Source of the DNA: Oedothorax gibbosus
Lineage: Eukaryota
Length of the DNA stretch: 64,000 nt
Assembly (NCBI GenBank): GCA_019343175.1
Contig: CM033278.1
Coordinates: forward strand, 14,993,400-15,057,399
Direction of reading: 5' to 3'
Part shown: positions 1 through 13,586 of the stretch, piece after piece
Layout of the letters: each line of letters opens with the position of its first letter
Position numbering within the stretch: position 1 is the first letter of the stretch
Position numbers and translations under genes: made by a program
Notes under the pieces: model-generated
The model's database searches: none
Seen by the model: only the letters and a program-made list of their open reading frames with translations
Told to the model about the DNA's origin: nothing

Positions 1-100
1 TTATTTCTTTCTATTATACTATTTATAATTCTTATTTTTGTATTCGGCATTGTTCCGATTGTTTAATGTTTTATGTTGATGAACTTTCGTTAATATGTCA

Positions 101-175
101 TGAAGCCGACCCGGTGGCGCAACGGTTAGGAGCTAGCCTTTGGAGCTTTTGGTTCGGGTTCGAATCCGGTAAGGT
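101..175 (+). mobile_element. tRNA-like segment with Pol III A-box (tggcgcaacgg) and B-box (ggttcgaatcc). Probably a SINE head or tRNA pseudogene rather than a functional tRNA.
   Basis: A- and B-box-like motifs are about 45 bp apart. I could not fold a clean 7-bp acceptor stem or a canonical cloverleaf by eye. Confidence 0.3.
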
Positions 176-3100
176 ATGGATGTTTGTGTTTGTCAATAAA
201 TGTTGTTATTTGTCTATGTGTTTGTGTCGTCTCTTTCTTTGTGTGTCTCTTGAGCTGTGTCATTTCTGGGTTGAGTACAATAGACTGAGGCCGCCAGTGC
301 TCGGCGAACTTGCCCCCCACCAAGAAAGTCATAAGTCATAACATATAATGAAAATTGTTCTGTTTTTCTAGAAAATAAGTAATAATAATAATATACATAA
401 AAAAGTCTTGTAAAATTACAAAAACATTACATGTATAGCATACATAAAAAAGTCTTGTAAATATACAAGATATATATATGTAATGTTAACACAAATATAT
501 TAAGTTTTTTACAGTACTATTTTTAGTAGTTATTTACTAGAAATTTTCTAGGAAAAGTTTTTTACAAAAATATTTTTGTTATGGTTACAGATTTTTTTTC
601 ACAGTGTAGCAATACAAAAAAATAATAAATAAAGGGTCTATTATTCCACTGCACCTTAAAAAATGAGGTTATAGACCAATGCAGTCGCTTTATTTAGTTG
701 TTCACGACGTTTCACCTTCTGAAATCATACATCTCGATATATATAATTTTGAGCAAGATCCTATTAAAGAAACAAATCTATCGGCAAGTGTATCGTTTTA
801 TTAAGTGTCCTCTCGCTATATCGCGTCTGTAATATCCTAATATTATGTTTTCCCACTCCACCCTTATTTTTAACTTTCCTAAAAATCATTTCATTAATCG
901 AAAAAAAATTGTTAAAGGTATTATTATTAATTTTATTTCCATTTTAAAGCCTCAAATATAAAATTTTTATGTTTTCTAAAAAAATTAGTATATTGTTTTA
1001 GATAAAAACTAACAAACGATATATTATTTTTTTGTGAGTTAAACTAACCTAAAACAAAAAATACGTAATAACAACTGAAATAACTCAAGATAGAAAAAAA
1101 AGTTTTCCATCACAAAGAGCAAGATATATATTTTTTGACTTAAATAAACTGCAAGTTAAAAATTGAAGTTGTGCTTTTGAAAAAGAAAAAAGTTTTTTTT
1201 AAAAAAATGCATTATGTCAATCCTCTGAGGCATTATGTCAATCCTAAATCCGTCACCTTGACTGTCAGGTTTTCCAGCATAACACATATTTAAAAAAAAT
1301 TATACATTTTAAAATTTTAGTGAATTTTAAAATTTAAATATTGGGAAGAGTTATTAATCTGCTACAGAAATACAATTTTCAAAAAATTCGAAACTTAAAT
1401 TTTCAGTTAAAAATGTACACTTTAGTCTTATACAGTGAAAACAAGTTTTCACTTCAGCGCGCTCAGAGAGACAAGAGCGAAATTTCCCATTGAACGATCA
1501 AAATATATTTTAAACTTAATACCCTTAAATCCAAATTTTTGAAACAAGTAATAAAAGATATTATTTAGAAGCTTCAAGGATCAAGTCTCCAGTTTCACTT
1601 CAGTCAATTGGTGACACTTGATTACCTTTTTCAAATTTCGAAAAATAGCCGATTTTAATTTTTAAATAATTATTCATTGCAAAAGTACTACAACTAAGAA
1701 GATACGCGAGGTCTATTAATGACTAAAACTTTTTCAAAAAATGTTTGTTTTTACGAAATAAAAATCAAAAATATCTTATCACCCGAATATCCTTTATTAT
1801 CATAGGAGACAACATTTTATAAAAAGGCATTCATATTTTACTTTTTAATGCAAAACATAAATTAGTTTATTGGCAATAACTGTATTATTTACGACACATA
1901 ATGAAAAAATAAAATACTCCTGTTATAACCTTTTTCTAAAGAAAAAAAGTTTGTTAACTTTTTTAAATGTAACAGTTAATTTTTCCCCAAAGGCTTCCTT
2001 TTTTTCCCTTTTGTGCAATATTAAAATTATAAAAGGATGAGTTAGTATAAATTAATCTAAGTACATGTAGACTATTTCTTAAGAATAAAAGTAAATTACA
2101 ATCCAATCAAAAGCAAGAGTCCAATTTTTTTAAAATTTTGAACAGTTATTTGTTTTAAACAAACTTAATTGGTTTAAAACAATATACAACAAAAAACAAT
2201 AATTTGTCAAAACAGTAAAATAGGAATTTATCATACTAATAGATCTAAAATTCTGAGAGAAAAACGATTCGTGATTGATCAAAAATTAAACAAACTACTA
2301 TCTGAACACCTGTTTCAAATAAAATATTTATAAAAAATAGCACAATAAAAATATATTTATATTTTACGAAAGTACAATTTAATGAAGAATTGGCATTGTT
2401 TGAAAATGAAGTTTTGTTAATTTCTTACCTTTAAACGGGAATTCTGAAACTCAGGAATGACATAAAACGCTTCGAGATCCACGCAGAGAGAAGGGGAAAA
2501 GTCAACATAAACCATTAACACAGAATAAAGTACTATACTGCCAAAAACCAAAGAGTCTAAGACTAAGGATTGAACTTACGACCTTTAGTGATGTACCAGC
2601 AATAAATTTAGCGTCTTATCTATTTTTTGTCCATTGGCCAGCTAGGAAAATTCCTCAAACATCTGGTTAGTTCTGAGAAAAACGTACTAGTGTTTCTCGG
2701 AAAATGTTTCGAAAGCAAAGTGTGGGAGGTCGTAAAAATAATTGCCTCGAGTTTCAAACAAGCTACGGTAGCCGTCCACCGTGTCTTTCTTCCATGGTCA
2801 TAAAACCTAAAAGGTTTCATCTCCTGTTTTGATCAAAATCATAGATAAGTTTTGCAGAAGCTGGACAATAGGGATTCGGATTTTGTTCTTGGAGTGGAGG
2901 TTTACGAGAAAAATCGCCAACCATCCTTTCCCACGGAAAGTACTTGTGTCGACCCCTCTCCCCCTCGCCCCTCTCTCTAAACACACACGACACTACAAAT
3001 TCAAAGATTGTCTTGATGTTCTACTGTTTACCTATGTGCGATGTACCTTTTTAAAATAATGATTGTTATAAAAGTAAATGTTGCTTACAGATATGTTACA

Positions 3101-5449
3101 AATCTAGTTTAGCAAATTTGCGAAAAAAGTAGTTTTTAAACACATTGTATGTTTATTGCGAAATTCAACGTATTTAAATCTTTCAAGTTATTTTTCGACT
3201 TCACATTTAAAATTAAATGATTTGCAAAATTTTCACAAGATACACTTTAAGGCTTAATTCCACTGCTGTCCCTGTCCGTCCGGAAGTGCAGACATGCAGC
3301 CGTAACCCGTATACTCTATACAGTATAAAAGATGGTCCCTGTTGTCATATACCTTACCTTTTAAACAAAAAAAAAGATATTTTTTAATCATAGATTAGAA
3401 GGTTGCAACGGAATTTGAGAGGGATAGAGACAGGTGAACGGAAACTTCCCCGATGTCAATACCCAATTTCTATTATTTTTTTAAAAAAATTATTTCGAAT
3501 AAAAACAAAATGGAAAGTTGGTCAAAAAATGAATGAATTTTATTTCTTTTGGAGAAAAATCATGAATGTTTTGGAATTAAGTCAAAAACAGGCATTTTTA
3601 TTAAAACCCTCAAACCATCTTATAAATGAAGGGTATTTAAGACTTAAAGAGTATATATTTTTTAATACTAATGAACTTGCACTTGATCAACATAAACGTT
3701 TAGGAAATCCTAACCAAAATACCCACTTAATATTAGTGCCTCGTTTCTATTAAAAATTACAAAATATTCTCTGTTGGGACCAAAACATAGTAGAAAAATC
3801 AATCAAATATCTTGATGTGGCCAGTTTAGAGTGAAGTGGCCAAAATAAGGTGCAGTTCATCTATAGCTTTTGTATTCATAGCAACCCTGTAGGAGTGGGG
3901 CCCTGTGGGAGTATGGAAATATCCCCTTGCAACGTCTTTCGTGGAAAACGGGGTAATTTTATTTCCTCAGATAACGAAAACTTCCCTTGAACCATTATCG
4001 TGTGTAGCGAGTCTGAGGAACAGTGATCTTTCCATTTATCCCCCCTTTTTTTCAGCTTGTTTGTGTTGACGTGACGAGTTGTGTTTTATTTTATCAACTC
4101 GAGCGATGAATATTCAGAAAATATCTTCAATTTGCGCATGATAAATGAAGAAGATTCACAAAGAAAAAATGTAGATTATTAACGCAAATTGTTTATTCAT
4201 GGGAAAAAAAATACTGAATAAACTATTTGCTCCAATAATCTACGTAGTTTTTCTTCAAGAATCTTCTCATGGCGAACGATGAAATTCTGAACTTGAAAAA
4301 ATTTATCTATTTTTAAAAAAATTAAAATACAATTAAACAAATCTGGCTTAGTCGCCTTTGTAACGGGGCCTGGATCTGCAATAAATTAAACTTATCAATA
4401 TTTTTTTCTGATAAGGGGCCATTTTTGGGGAAATTTATTTATGAAGAAAAACATTTTTCAGTTTCAATTTTCAAAAAAGGATTAAATTATAACATTTTTG
4501 ACAAAAAAAATAATGAAGAGTCAGGGAACATTACAGTACTAATTACAAATTTTAAGAAAGCCAATATATCTTATTTCTGTATTTTTTTAAAAATAAAATA
4601 TTTTTTAAGGTTTAAATTACTGGGGGCCCTAGGCCGGTCATAAAGGGCCGTTGTAAATCTGACTAAAAACTAATATCCCCTATGGATCTCGGGTTTCCGA
4701 AATACATTAATAATACTGAAAATTTCGCAAATTAATTATTTTTTTAACGAAGGAATTAAAACATTTTTGAAAAAAAAAAATGTTGAGGAGAAGTCCTATA
4801 AAAATACAATAATAATAGAATAATAGAATAGATAAAAAGCTAGGCCAAGAGAAACATTTTTATTCATTAGAAATTGGAAGCCATTTTAGATTGCATATCA
4901 CCTTTCCAGCCATTTTAATGATTTAAAAACTAAAAATAATTAAATAAATTAATTTTTATCTAATTTCTTGGACACCTGATAGCTTTTACTGTAAAGAAAA
5001 CTTATTTAAAGGAGAATTAAAAATAGCTTCGAATTCTTTTTATAAATTTCATTCAAAAATGTGGGAAAGAAAAACGCCATTCAGACGACGAACAAAAAAA
5101 AAAGCACAAATAAATTCGTTATTTCAAATATAACCGTCAACAATTATAACCCGATGAGGGGTAAACTTAGTTCTTACGCAGATCTTCTTCGAAGATTACT
5201 GCTTATGTTTTTTATCGGACTTATTGGGATTATTTTTTAAAGTTTACATTAGGATTTCAGTGCAATTTTTTGTTTTTGTTTTGAATTATAATTCTGAAGG
5301 GATCAGTAAAAGTAGAAGTCCCTGTAATTAAATTGCAATTTTTTTGTATCAATTTAATAAGCTTTGTATGTGGATCACATTGTTCACTGTTAAGTAATTC
5401 TAATTTGTTGAACAGAACCAGAAGTGCATTCGTCTAATAAGATCTAGTT

Positions 5450-7900
5450 TTTAAAGTGCAGTACACATTGGAAAGCAATATGACTATGAGTGCCGTCACT
5501 GGTTTTTTCTACCACATCAGTTTTAACCTTTTTGGGACCACCTATTTTAAAATTAAAAAATGTGTGCAAGAGAGTCTAAAAGCGCCAATTTGAAGTTAAA
5601 GCGCCCTAACACTCCTTGACACGTTTTCTTTAGTTTTCTCATTAAAAAAACCCATTAAGAGACGTGATATGATATGAACAAAACACCTGAAGCACGTCTC
5701 GGCACCAAGTATCAAAATTGTAAACAAGAAAGTTCAAAAAACGCCTTTTAGGGCAATCGGCGATGATATCGGGGCGCGTGGCGTCATAAAAAAACCAATG
5801 AGCTTGTTTCTAAAATTGTCAAAGAAACAAAACAACCAAGGAAATCGCAGGGATAGAGAGCGTGACATCATAAGAAATATTCCCATTTAAAAAAAATATA
5901 AAGTCCTTGGGTTAGGCCAAGGCCACAAAAATAAATAAATCCCCCCAAATTATAAAACGAAAAAAATAAGCAAATTAACATTAACAATGGACTATTATAA
6001 AACTCCAATTTTCGAACCAAGTTTATTTTTTTGATTAAAGTAAAAAAGAAAATTCTCTAATCTCTTCCCAAACCGGAATAAGTTATGCAAAAATCGTAAT
6101 TAAAAATTCCCCTTTATTAAGCACAACGGCATTAATTTATAAATTTTTGAGATTTCAAAAGCCATTTTCTTCCCAGTCGGGGATTTTTAGAAACGCATCA
6201 AGTGACGAGGCCGACGCCGTACCTGGCACTCAGCAACCTCAGAGCGGCACGGACAGTGGCGTCATGACTTAGTCCTCGACATCTTTAGCGTACCAGTCTC
6301 ATACTCCCATATACAAGGCGCTATTTTAACATTAGAAATGTGTGCAGAAGTCTAAAAGCCCCAAAATTTTTGAAGTTAAAGACGCCCTTATACTCATTGA
6401 CACATGTTTCTTTAGTTTCATCATTTAAAAAAAAAACAATTAAGACGACATGATATGTTTTTTGAACGAAAGAAATGAAGTACGTCTCGGCACCAAGTAT
6501 CAAAAATTGTAAATAAGAAAGTCCAAAAGTGCCTTATGTGATATCGTAGGCGCCCCATTGCTCCTTGGCGCATGGTTTTTATGGGTGTGAATGAAACGAT
6601 TGAAATTACTTTTTGCATCATAGGTTTTCAAGAATAATAAACAAAGATACATGTCGAAAAAGTGTTTTAAAGAAATTGCCTTTTATATCACTAACATCAC
6701 TTGTTGAAGAATGTGGCATTATAGCTAATCTAAGTCAATGGCAATAAATAAGTCTCACATTTTGGAAACAAAGTCAAGTGACGATGCTGCTCCTTGGCGC
6801 ATGGTTTTTTATATTTTTCAATTATACCTATGTAGTCTGTCTATTTGCTATGCGAGCTCTTCCCCCATCCCTTCGCTTGGTTTTCTAGGAAACGGGGGAG
6901 CATCGCTTTTCTAAACCTAACGCGTTTGAGGTTCTGTTGTGAGGTTAACTATCCGAACAGTTCAAACCCAAGTAGGGTGGAGAAAAAGCATGCTGACGCC
7001 GTTTCGAAAAAACAACATGCGGGGAGGGGAGGAAAATGCCTTCGAGGCTCGCATTCTAGATAGACAAGGTATAGTCATGGCACTATTTACTGGCGGAATT
7101 ATCTTTTTGCCCAGCAACATCAGTGTTAGACGAGGACAGAGCCTTAGAGGTATCTTCAGTACGGCATGTGACGCCTCAATCCACCGCGCCACGCCGGCGC
7201 TCTGCTTAGCAAATTAAATTAAATGAGTTTTACTCGGAAAAATTAAGAAATGTTTACAAGGAATTCTAAAAGCCCCTAATATGAAATTAAAGGCGCTCCA
7301 ATATTTTTCTCTTTAAAAACCCAAAAACATATGTATGAATGAAAACGCCTAAAAATACTTTTCGTCGCATCAAAATTTATGTAAGTGTTAGGAAGCGGCG
7401 TCTCTATGAAAAGGAGGCGCCTTTTCTTTTAATATTTATCAAATTGCCCACTTAAAATGTATATAGTAAAAATTATTCGGACGAATGTGTTGAGGCGTCA
7501 TACCATGGTAGTTACCTTTGAAGATTCTGTTTCATCCTCCCAAGACCCAAATGGATCAAGCAAGACAAGCAAAATCCCCAATAAATATTATAAGTATATA
7601 AGGTTGCGTTGTTCTTTGTCAATTGACCGACATGTCCATTACTAATAGCCCACTTCAACTCTAGTGTGACGTTTAATTTAACTAAAATCAAAGTCGAACG
7701 CCCCCTTTTACGAAAATGGAAGTGTTACAATTCTACCTTCGGGCGATTATCGGGCGCCTCATTTAAAATAGATAAAGAATAAAAATTGTTTGCTTTAATA
7801 TAACCGTTATTTTATCGTCTCGTCAGCGAAGTGAAGGCGCCTTTTAATGCATAGGTTTCATACCCAAGACACAGCATAAATGACTCACTCTCCCCCACTC
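5450..7900. repeat. Diverged tandem array of about 3 units, each about 780-900 bp.
   Basis: The motif 'aaatgtgtgca..tctaaaagc..gaagttaaag.cgccct' recurs at about 5559, 6337 and 7241. 'ctccttggcgcatggttttt' occurs at 6561 and 6791. 'gtctcggcaccaagtatcaaaa(a)ttgtaaa' occurs at 5697 and 6486. Confidence 0.45.
6150..6300 (-). mobile_element. Diverged fragment of the SINE body (see 58663-59015) embedded in the tandem array.
   Basis: 'caagtgacgaggccgac...' aligns with SINE body 'caagtgacgaggtcgacacctgagcgg' at about 75-80% identity by eye. Confidence 0.3.
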
Positions 7901-7979
7901 TCTCCCGCTCTTACCGTTGGATCGTATTTCGAAAGCGCATGCGCATTTCACCCTTCGAGGAGATAGATGAATTAGGGTT

Positions 7980-10900
7980 AAAATTAAGAGTCTTTTTTTT
8001 TTTTTTTTTTTGGAAAAAGGGCATCGGCCCCCCGGGGCCCCCCGGGGCCGGCCAGAGTTTTTCACATTTTTTTTTAAATTTTTTTCCTTTGGAAATAAAA
8101 ATAAAATAATATTTAAATTTAAATTAAATTTAAAAAAATTTTTTTTTTGATTTTTTTACTCATAAACAGCACCTTAGTTCCGGCCCTTGGGGAGTATTTT
8201 TGGAATGGATAATATTTCCTTTTCACAAGTTTTGCTGCCCCCTACATTGTTTAAAAATTTTTAAAAAATCTGTGAAAGAGTAACCAAACCAAACCCCCTT
8301 TTCAAACCATGCGGGGTGAACAAAAAAAGGGTTTAACTGTATAAAAATTTTATCCCTTCTTCGCAGGGAAAAAAAAAATATCAAATGATTCCAAATGTTA
8401 CCAATACCCTTTTAAAGACCCCAAACATTATTGTTTCCCCTTTTTTTAAAAATTAAAAAAACCCTTTTTTTATTGCCTTAAAATTCCAAAAGAAAAATAG
8501 CTAAAAAAAAGCCTTAAAAAGTCATCAAATTCAAATAAAACAAAAAACCCTTTTTTGCCATTTGGGCTTTTTGGAAAAAATTTTGGGAGAAAATAGATTA
8601 GCTCCCCACCCTTACAGTTTCAACACGATGCCCTTCGAAAAACCCCCCCGTTAAAATTTATTTTAAAAAATGCCTATTTGGGAATTTTTTTTTAATTTTT
8701 TTGGGATTTTGGGCAAGTTTTGGGGAAAAAAAAAAGACAAAAAAATTAATTTCCTTGTGCGATGGCCTTTTTTTAACCTCATATTCAGTAAAAGCTTAAA
8801 ACCCATACATTTTTGCTTAAAAATGAAATGAGCCCAAAAAAAAAATTTTTAAGGGGAAAAAAACACAAAAACCCACAAAAAACCCGGGGAAGAAGACTGG
8901 GAAATTTACGCACTTAAAAAATTTCCCAATTTTTTTCAAAAAAGAATTTATTTTCTGAAAGTAGGCAAAAGAATAAAAAAAACCTTTTAAATTTTAAATG
9001 TTTTCGTTAAAAAATTTTTTTTAAATTTTTTTTTCCCCCCGATGGCATCAGGAAAGAAAAAAATGATCGGATTTGAGCGAAAGTGGTGTTTTTTTTTTCA
9101 GAAAATTTAAAATTTTCCTAAAAAGGGAAACAAATATAAAAAAAACTAAGCCTCAGGTGCACACTTAGATTAAAGGGAATCTATTTTAAAAAATTTCAAT
9201 TCCTGTGGGGATTAAGTCTATAAGTCGGTCTTTTTCGATCCGATAAAGACCACACACAGCCCGACGACTTTTCTTTTTTATTATAGATAAAGGGTAGACT
9301 AAACCCGTGAATGAACGCTTAAGCCAAGTGAATGAACAGTTTTTTACCAGTGAAGGGGGCCCAAAAAAGTCGTAATAAACTTTTTAAAATTTTATTTAAA
9401 AACTAGATTCATGAATTTTTATGTCAGATTTATTTTACAACTTACTAACAACTAGAAAAATTTTCTCCAATTTCATCTAGTGGGAAAGATTTTAATCCTT
9501 ATTTTTTAAATTTTTTTTTTCAATGTTCTTTTACTGGGGCCCGTTCACTCACTGGTCAGTCTACCCACCTCTTTTATATACAAATACATGAATTTTACTT
9601 TAACATCTTTTTTACAAACGTATTCAGGAGGCTTAATACTTAATATTCTCAATTTCGTCCAAAATACATTAAAAAAAAAATCACATTTTCTTAACATTTT
9701 CAAAAATATAACTCTTTGCACTGAACTAAGTTTAATTTTTAATTTTTTTCATTGCCCTTTTTTAAAACTATCTGCCCAAAAAATATATCACGGTTTAAAA
9801 ATAGTTGGAAAATAAAATGCACTTCGTGATGAATTTTTTTCGGTTTTATGTGCTAAAATAATCAAATTTAAAAAAATTTAAAACTTTTCCCCCTTTTCCC
9901 AAAGGGCAAAGAAAAATAAAACAAGATTTTAAAAAGCGATACTTTTAAAATACTGTCAGTTAAAAGGGGGAATTATGAAACCTTTTTTTATCAGACAATT
10001 TAATAAAAAAAAACCCTTTACATAAAAATTTAATCTTTAACTTTTAATTTTAAAACTAAAAAATACCCATCCTTTTAAAAAAGTGACTTACTCTCCAATA
10101 TGTGCAGGGCTTCATTTTTAATATATTTTAAAAAAATTACATGCAAAACATGCCTTTTTGGCCCAAAATTTTGGGTTATAAGGCCCTAGGTCCTATTCGA
10201 TTGTACGTTCTTGGAGGAAACTTAAGGGTCAAAAAATTAAACAAAGTTAAAAAAAATTTGTTAATTAGTTTATTTTTTTAAATTTAAAACAAAAAAAAAA
10301 AAGGGAAAAGCAACTTTGTGAAAAATTTAAAAAAACTTATTTTGCATTTAAACAGGACAGAAACATGTATGAAATGCAAAGGATTTAAACAAAAATAGTA
10401 TAAAATAAATTTGGAAATTTTGTGAAAAGTAAAATTTTTAACTTAAACAAATTTGCCAAAAAAAAAAAGCCAAGTACTACATGCAGTCTATTTGCAAAAA
10501 ATGCTTAAATAAAAGCCAAAAAAAATCCCAACAGGGCCCCCACAAAAAAATAAAAAATTTTTAAAAAAATTTTTTAGACCTGTATGCTTTAATAAAATTT
10601 TGTGGTCCCAAAAATAATGACCGAATACTGAATAAGGTTTTTTTTGTGCAATTCAAAAAAAAATCCAAAAAAATTTCTTTAAAAATAAAACGGTAAATTT
10701 TAATTAATTTTTATGGGGCAGTGTTTTTTAAATAAATTTTTCCATTTATACTCGGCTCAAAAAAGGAATAGAATAAAGAAATACACAAAACATTTTGTTA
10801 AAAAAAACACCCCCTTTTTGAACTTTTAATTTGTAGTTTGATATTTTTCATACTTTTAATTTTTTCAATTTTTAAAGGAAATGCGGGAGGAATAATTATT

Positions 10901-12830
10901 TAAAAAAAATTAAATATTTTTAAAAATTCAAAAAAATTTTAACAAAAAACGGTTAATTTTTATTGGGTTTCGCGTTTTTCTTTTTTAAGGAAATTTTTTT
11001 TCTATAAAAAATTTCTGACTAAAAAAATAGTTATTAAAATTAAAATTTACCTTTTTAGTATATTTTTAAATTATACTTTAAAACCCAGTCCAAATTTTTG
11101 AAATTTTAAAAAATTTTTTTGCATAGCATAATCAAGCCTTCCCGGATTTTTTTTATTTTTTAATGTAATGCAGGATAAAGAAGGCCTTACCTTCCAAATA
11201 AAAAAAAATAAAAAAAGGGAAAATAATATTTGAAACAATTTTTTGTTTTTTGCTTGAATGCTTGTAATTTAAAGGGAAATTTTCCCATTTTTGGGGTTTT
11301 TATCGTTGATTCCCTAAACGTGGGGATGATTTTTGGTGAGAGGCATTCCTTCCTCTAATTCCGTGCCAAAATGATGCAGGTAAGAAATAAATAAAAAAAA
11401 AAAACCTTTAAATGCATGATATTAAAATTAAAAGCAGGGCCCCCAAAAGGTTTTTTTTTATACCAAAATGAAAAAAAAATTTGCACTTTAATTCCTGATG
11501 AAATAATTTAAAACATAAGGAAAGGACTACTTAAGAAAACTGATGGAACAAAAAAAACCAAGAATTTTAGTTGGGAGTCATAAAATTCCAATTTTTTTAC
11601 AAAAAAAAATGAAAATTCATTAAGTTATTAGGTCCTAAAAAGGGGGTTTAAAATCTATTTGTCAGCCTATAGAAAAAAAATTTAAAAAAGGCTCACAAAA
11701 AACGATAACATTTTGATTAAAATTTACCGGCAAAATTTTAAAATAACCCCAAAAAAATAAAGCTTAGTTAAGGAAAAACAATCAGTCGGGGACCAGGACA
11801 ACGTGGGGACTTGGTTTTACTATTTTTAAAAGGAACCTTTAAAAAATAGAATATATAAATTAAATTTAAATGTAAGATTTTTACGTATAAAGGATAATTT
11901 TAAACAAATCTACTTTAAAAAAGGGAATATTGCCCGCCCGTGCATTCACATTTTTTGTTAATCGAAATATTCCCACCCATGCAAAACAATCTAAACGCCA
12001 AAAAAACCGGGTTCCGGAAAGTGGCGATTTCGGGAGCATGCGCAGAAAAGTTTTTTTATTTCCATCCCAAAAGTTTTGTGGGGGCCGGGCTATTCAGCCG
12101 AATTGGGGAAAGTAAAAAAAATTTTAAGACATCGATGAAAACGGTGGTATATCGATATGGTTAATCGACACGATGAAAAAAATTTTCAGCCGCAGAACGA
12201 TCTTTAAAAACCCGGGAAGCGAAATTTTTTAATTTTTTCAAAAAAATTTAAGATGAAAGGAAACTAAAAAAAAATGTTGAACTTTTGGTTTTATACATAT
12301 TTATAAGATAATTTAAAACAAGTTGGGAAGAGCTTTTTACTAAAGAAAAATATCGTTTTTGGGGAAAAGTCACTGACTAGGCGATCATAAGGGACGAAAT
12401 TTTTAAAAGTCCACTTTCTGTTTTAAAAAAATTATCCCCGTAAATGTATTAAAAAAATAACTTTTTTTCAGCGAGTAGTTAATGAATAATAGCCCCCAAA
12501 AGATTAAAAAAGGTTATTTAAAACTTTTTAATAAATTTTTTTAGATATTTTTTTTGGGTCGGACCTATTATTTTTTAAAAAAAATTTGTGTTTTATGCAC
12601 TTCACAAAAATTTTTTATCAAAATCTTTACAATATAAAAAAAAAACCTCAAAATTAAAATTTTTTGAATTTTTCCAATTTTAAAAAATTTTTTAATAAAT
12701 AGTAAACTCCTAAAATTTTCTTTAAACCTATGCATTACAAAATAGGAAAAATTTCAGAAAAAATTTTTTTTTTTACTTTCGTTAACTACAAGCTTAATTT
12801 TTTTTGCTAATTTTTTACAAATTATTTTTT
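7980..12830. repeat. Extreme low-complexity, homopolymer-rich block (A/T runs, 'ggggcccccc' islands). Either degenerate simple-sequence intergenic DNA or a poorly polished or collapsed assembly region.
   Basis: This stretch has almost no ORFs, pervasive runs of a(n)/t(n)/c(n)/g(n), and a degraded copy of the 1-kb repeat family inside it. Confidence 0.5.
8336..9300 (+). repeat. Degraded copy of an unclassified ~1-kb interspersed repeat (same family as 42409-43380).
   Basis: It aligns end to end with 42409-43380 (e.g. '...ccgatggcatcaggaaaga.aaaaa.t.atcggatttgagcgaaagtggtgt...aagcctcaggtgcacac...ttattatagat'). Many differences are homopolymer-length changes. Confidence 0.55.
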
Positions 12831-12839
12831 TATGTGGTT

Positions 12840-13010
12840 TTCCCTTGCGTGTTTAAGCGGGGTTTTTAAATTTTTTAGCATTTTAGCTAAAATAGAACTT
12901 TTAATTTTAGCTTTTTTTTCAAATGATTTTAGCATTTTAGCTAAAGTAGAAAATTTAATTTTAGCTTTTTTTAAATGTTTTTTAGCATTTTAGGAAAAAC
13001 TAGTTCAACA
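12840..13010. repeat. Short tandem repeat of about 55-60 bp x3 ('agcattttagctaaa.tagaa..tttaattttagctttttt').
   Basis: Three head-to-tail copies are visible directly. Confidence 0.6.
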
Positions 13011-13014
13011 CATT

Positions 13015-13398
13015 TTAAAATAATTTATTACAAACTTTAAATACATTATCATATTTTAAGTTTCCATGATTCTTCGAGGCTTTTTTGCTGCCCATGGTTT
13101 TGAAAGCCGCATTGAAATCAAAGTTTTTCTCTTGGCGGCCCTTCACATTTACCATTAGTAAATTATTTACATTAGATACTAAAAGTCTGTGGCGAATGTC
13201 TGTTTTAATTAAGTTCATTGCAGAAATGGATCGCTCACAGTCAACAGTCGTCAAAGGTATTGACCCGCAATAGTCCAGAATGCTGGTCACAATTGGCAAC
13301 TGTTCAGTCAGCTCATTCACATTAACAAAATCTAAAAGTTGAATAAATGACAGGCTTTTACATCTTACTTGAACTATTTTTTTAAAAATAGTTGTCAT
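13015..13398 (-). pseudogene. hAT-superfamily transposase C-terminal (hATC dimerisation) domain fragment; a decayed autonomous hAT element.
   Basis: The ORF translation contains '...SIPLTTVDCERSISAMNLIKTDIRHRLLVSNVNNLLMVNV', which matches the conserved hAT C-terminal motif (xxxVxCERxFSxxxxIKTxxRNRL). No intact N-terminal part of the ORF remains upstream. Confidence 0.6.
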
Positions 13399-13519
13399 TC
13401 AGACAACGCTTTTTTTACGGTAAATATGTTGCTATAAACAGGATTTGACGATAAGTTTATGCATATTTGTTGTATCTCTTCATTATTTTTAGTATTTTTT
13501 TTGCCTAAAACTATTTGCA

Positions 13520-13586
13520 AAGAAGCAGAACACAATGCAGAATATGGGAATAAATTTCTGCATTGTGTTCTGCTTTTTTGCAAATA
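13520..13586. repeat. About 24-bp perfect inverted repeat (hairpin) 'gcaaagaagcagaacacaatgcag ... ctgcattgtgttctgcttttttgc'.
   Basis: Seen directly. It lies next to the hAT transposase remnant and could be part of that element. Confidence 0.5.

Noticed and set aside
3403-3753. 116-aa ORF and other isolated 60-130 aa ORFs in 1-8000 and 52000-58000 (e.g. 54230-54637, 54725-55018).
   Set aside because: They are AT-rich, low-complexity translations (K/N/F/I/L-rich) with no recognisable motifs and no splice-site context. They are most likely chance ORFs in AT-rich DNA.
12840-13010. CRISPR-like regular short repeats (also 40280-40600, 62640-62720).
   Set aside because: This is a eukaryotic locus, the units are direct tandem repeats without unique spacers of regular length, and there is no cas context. 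They are micro- or minisatellites.
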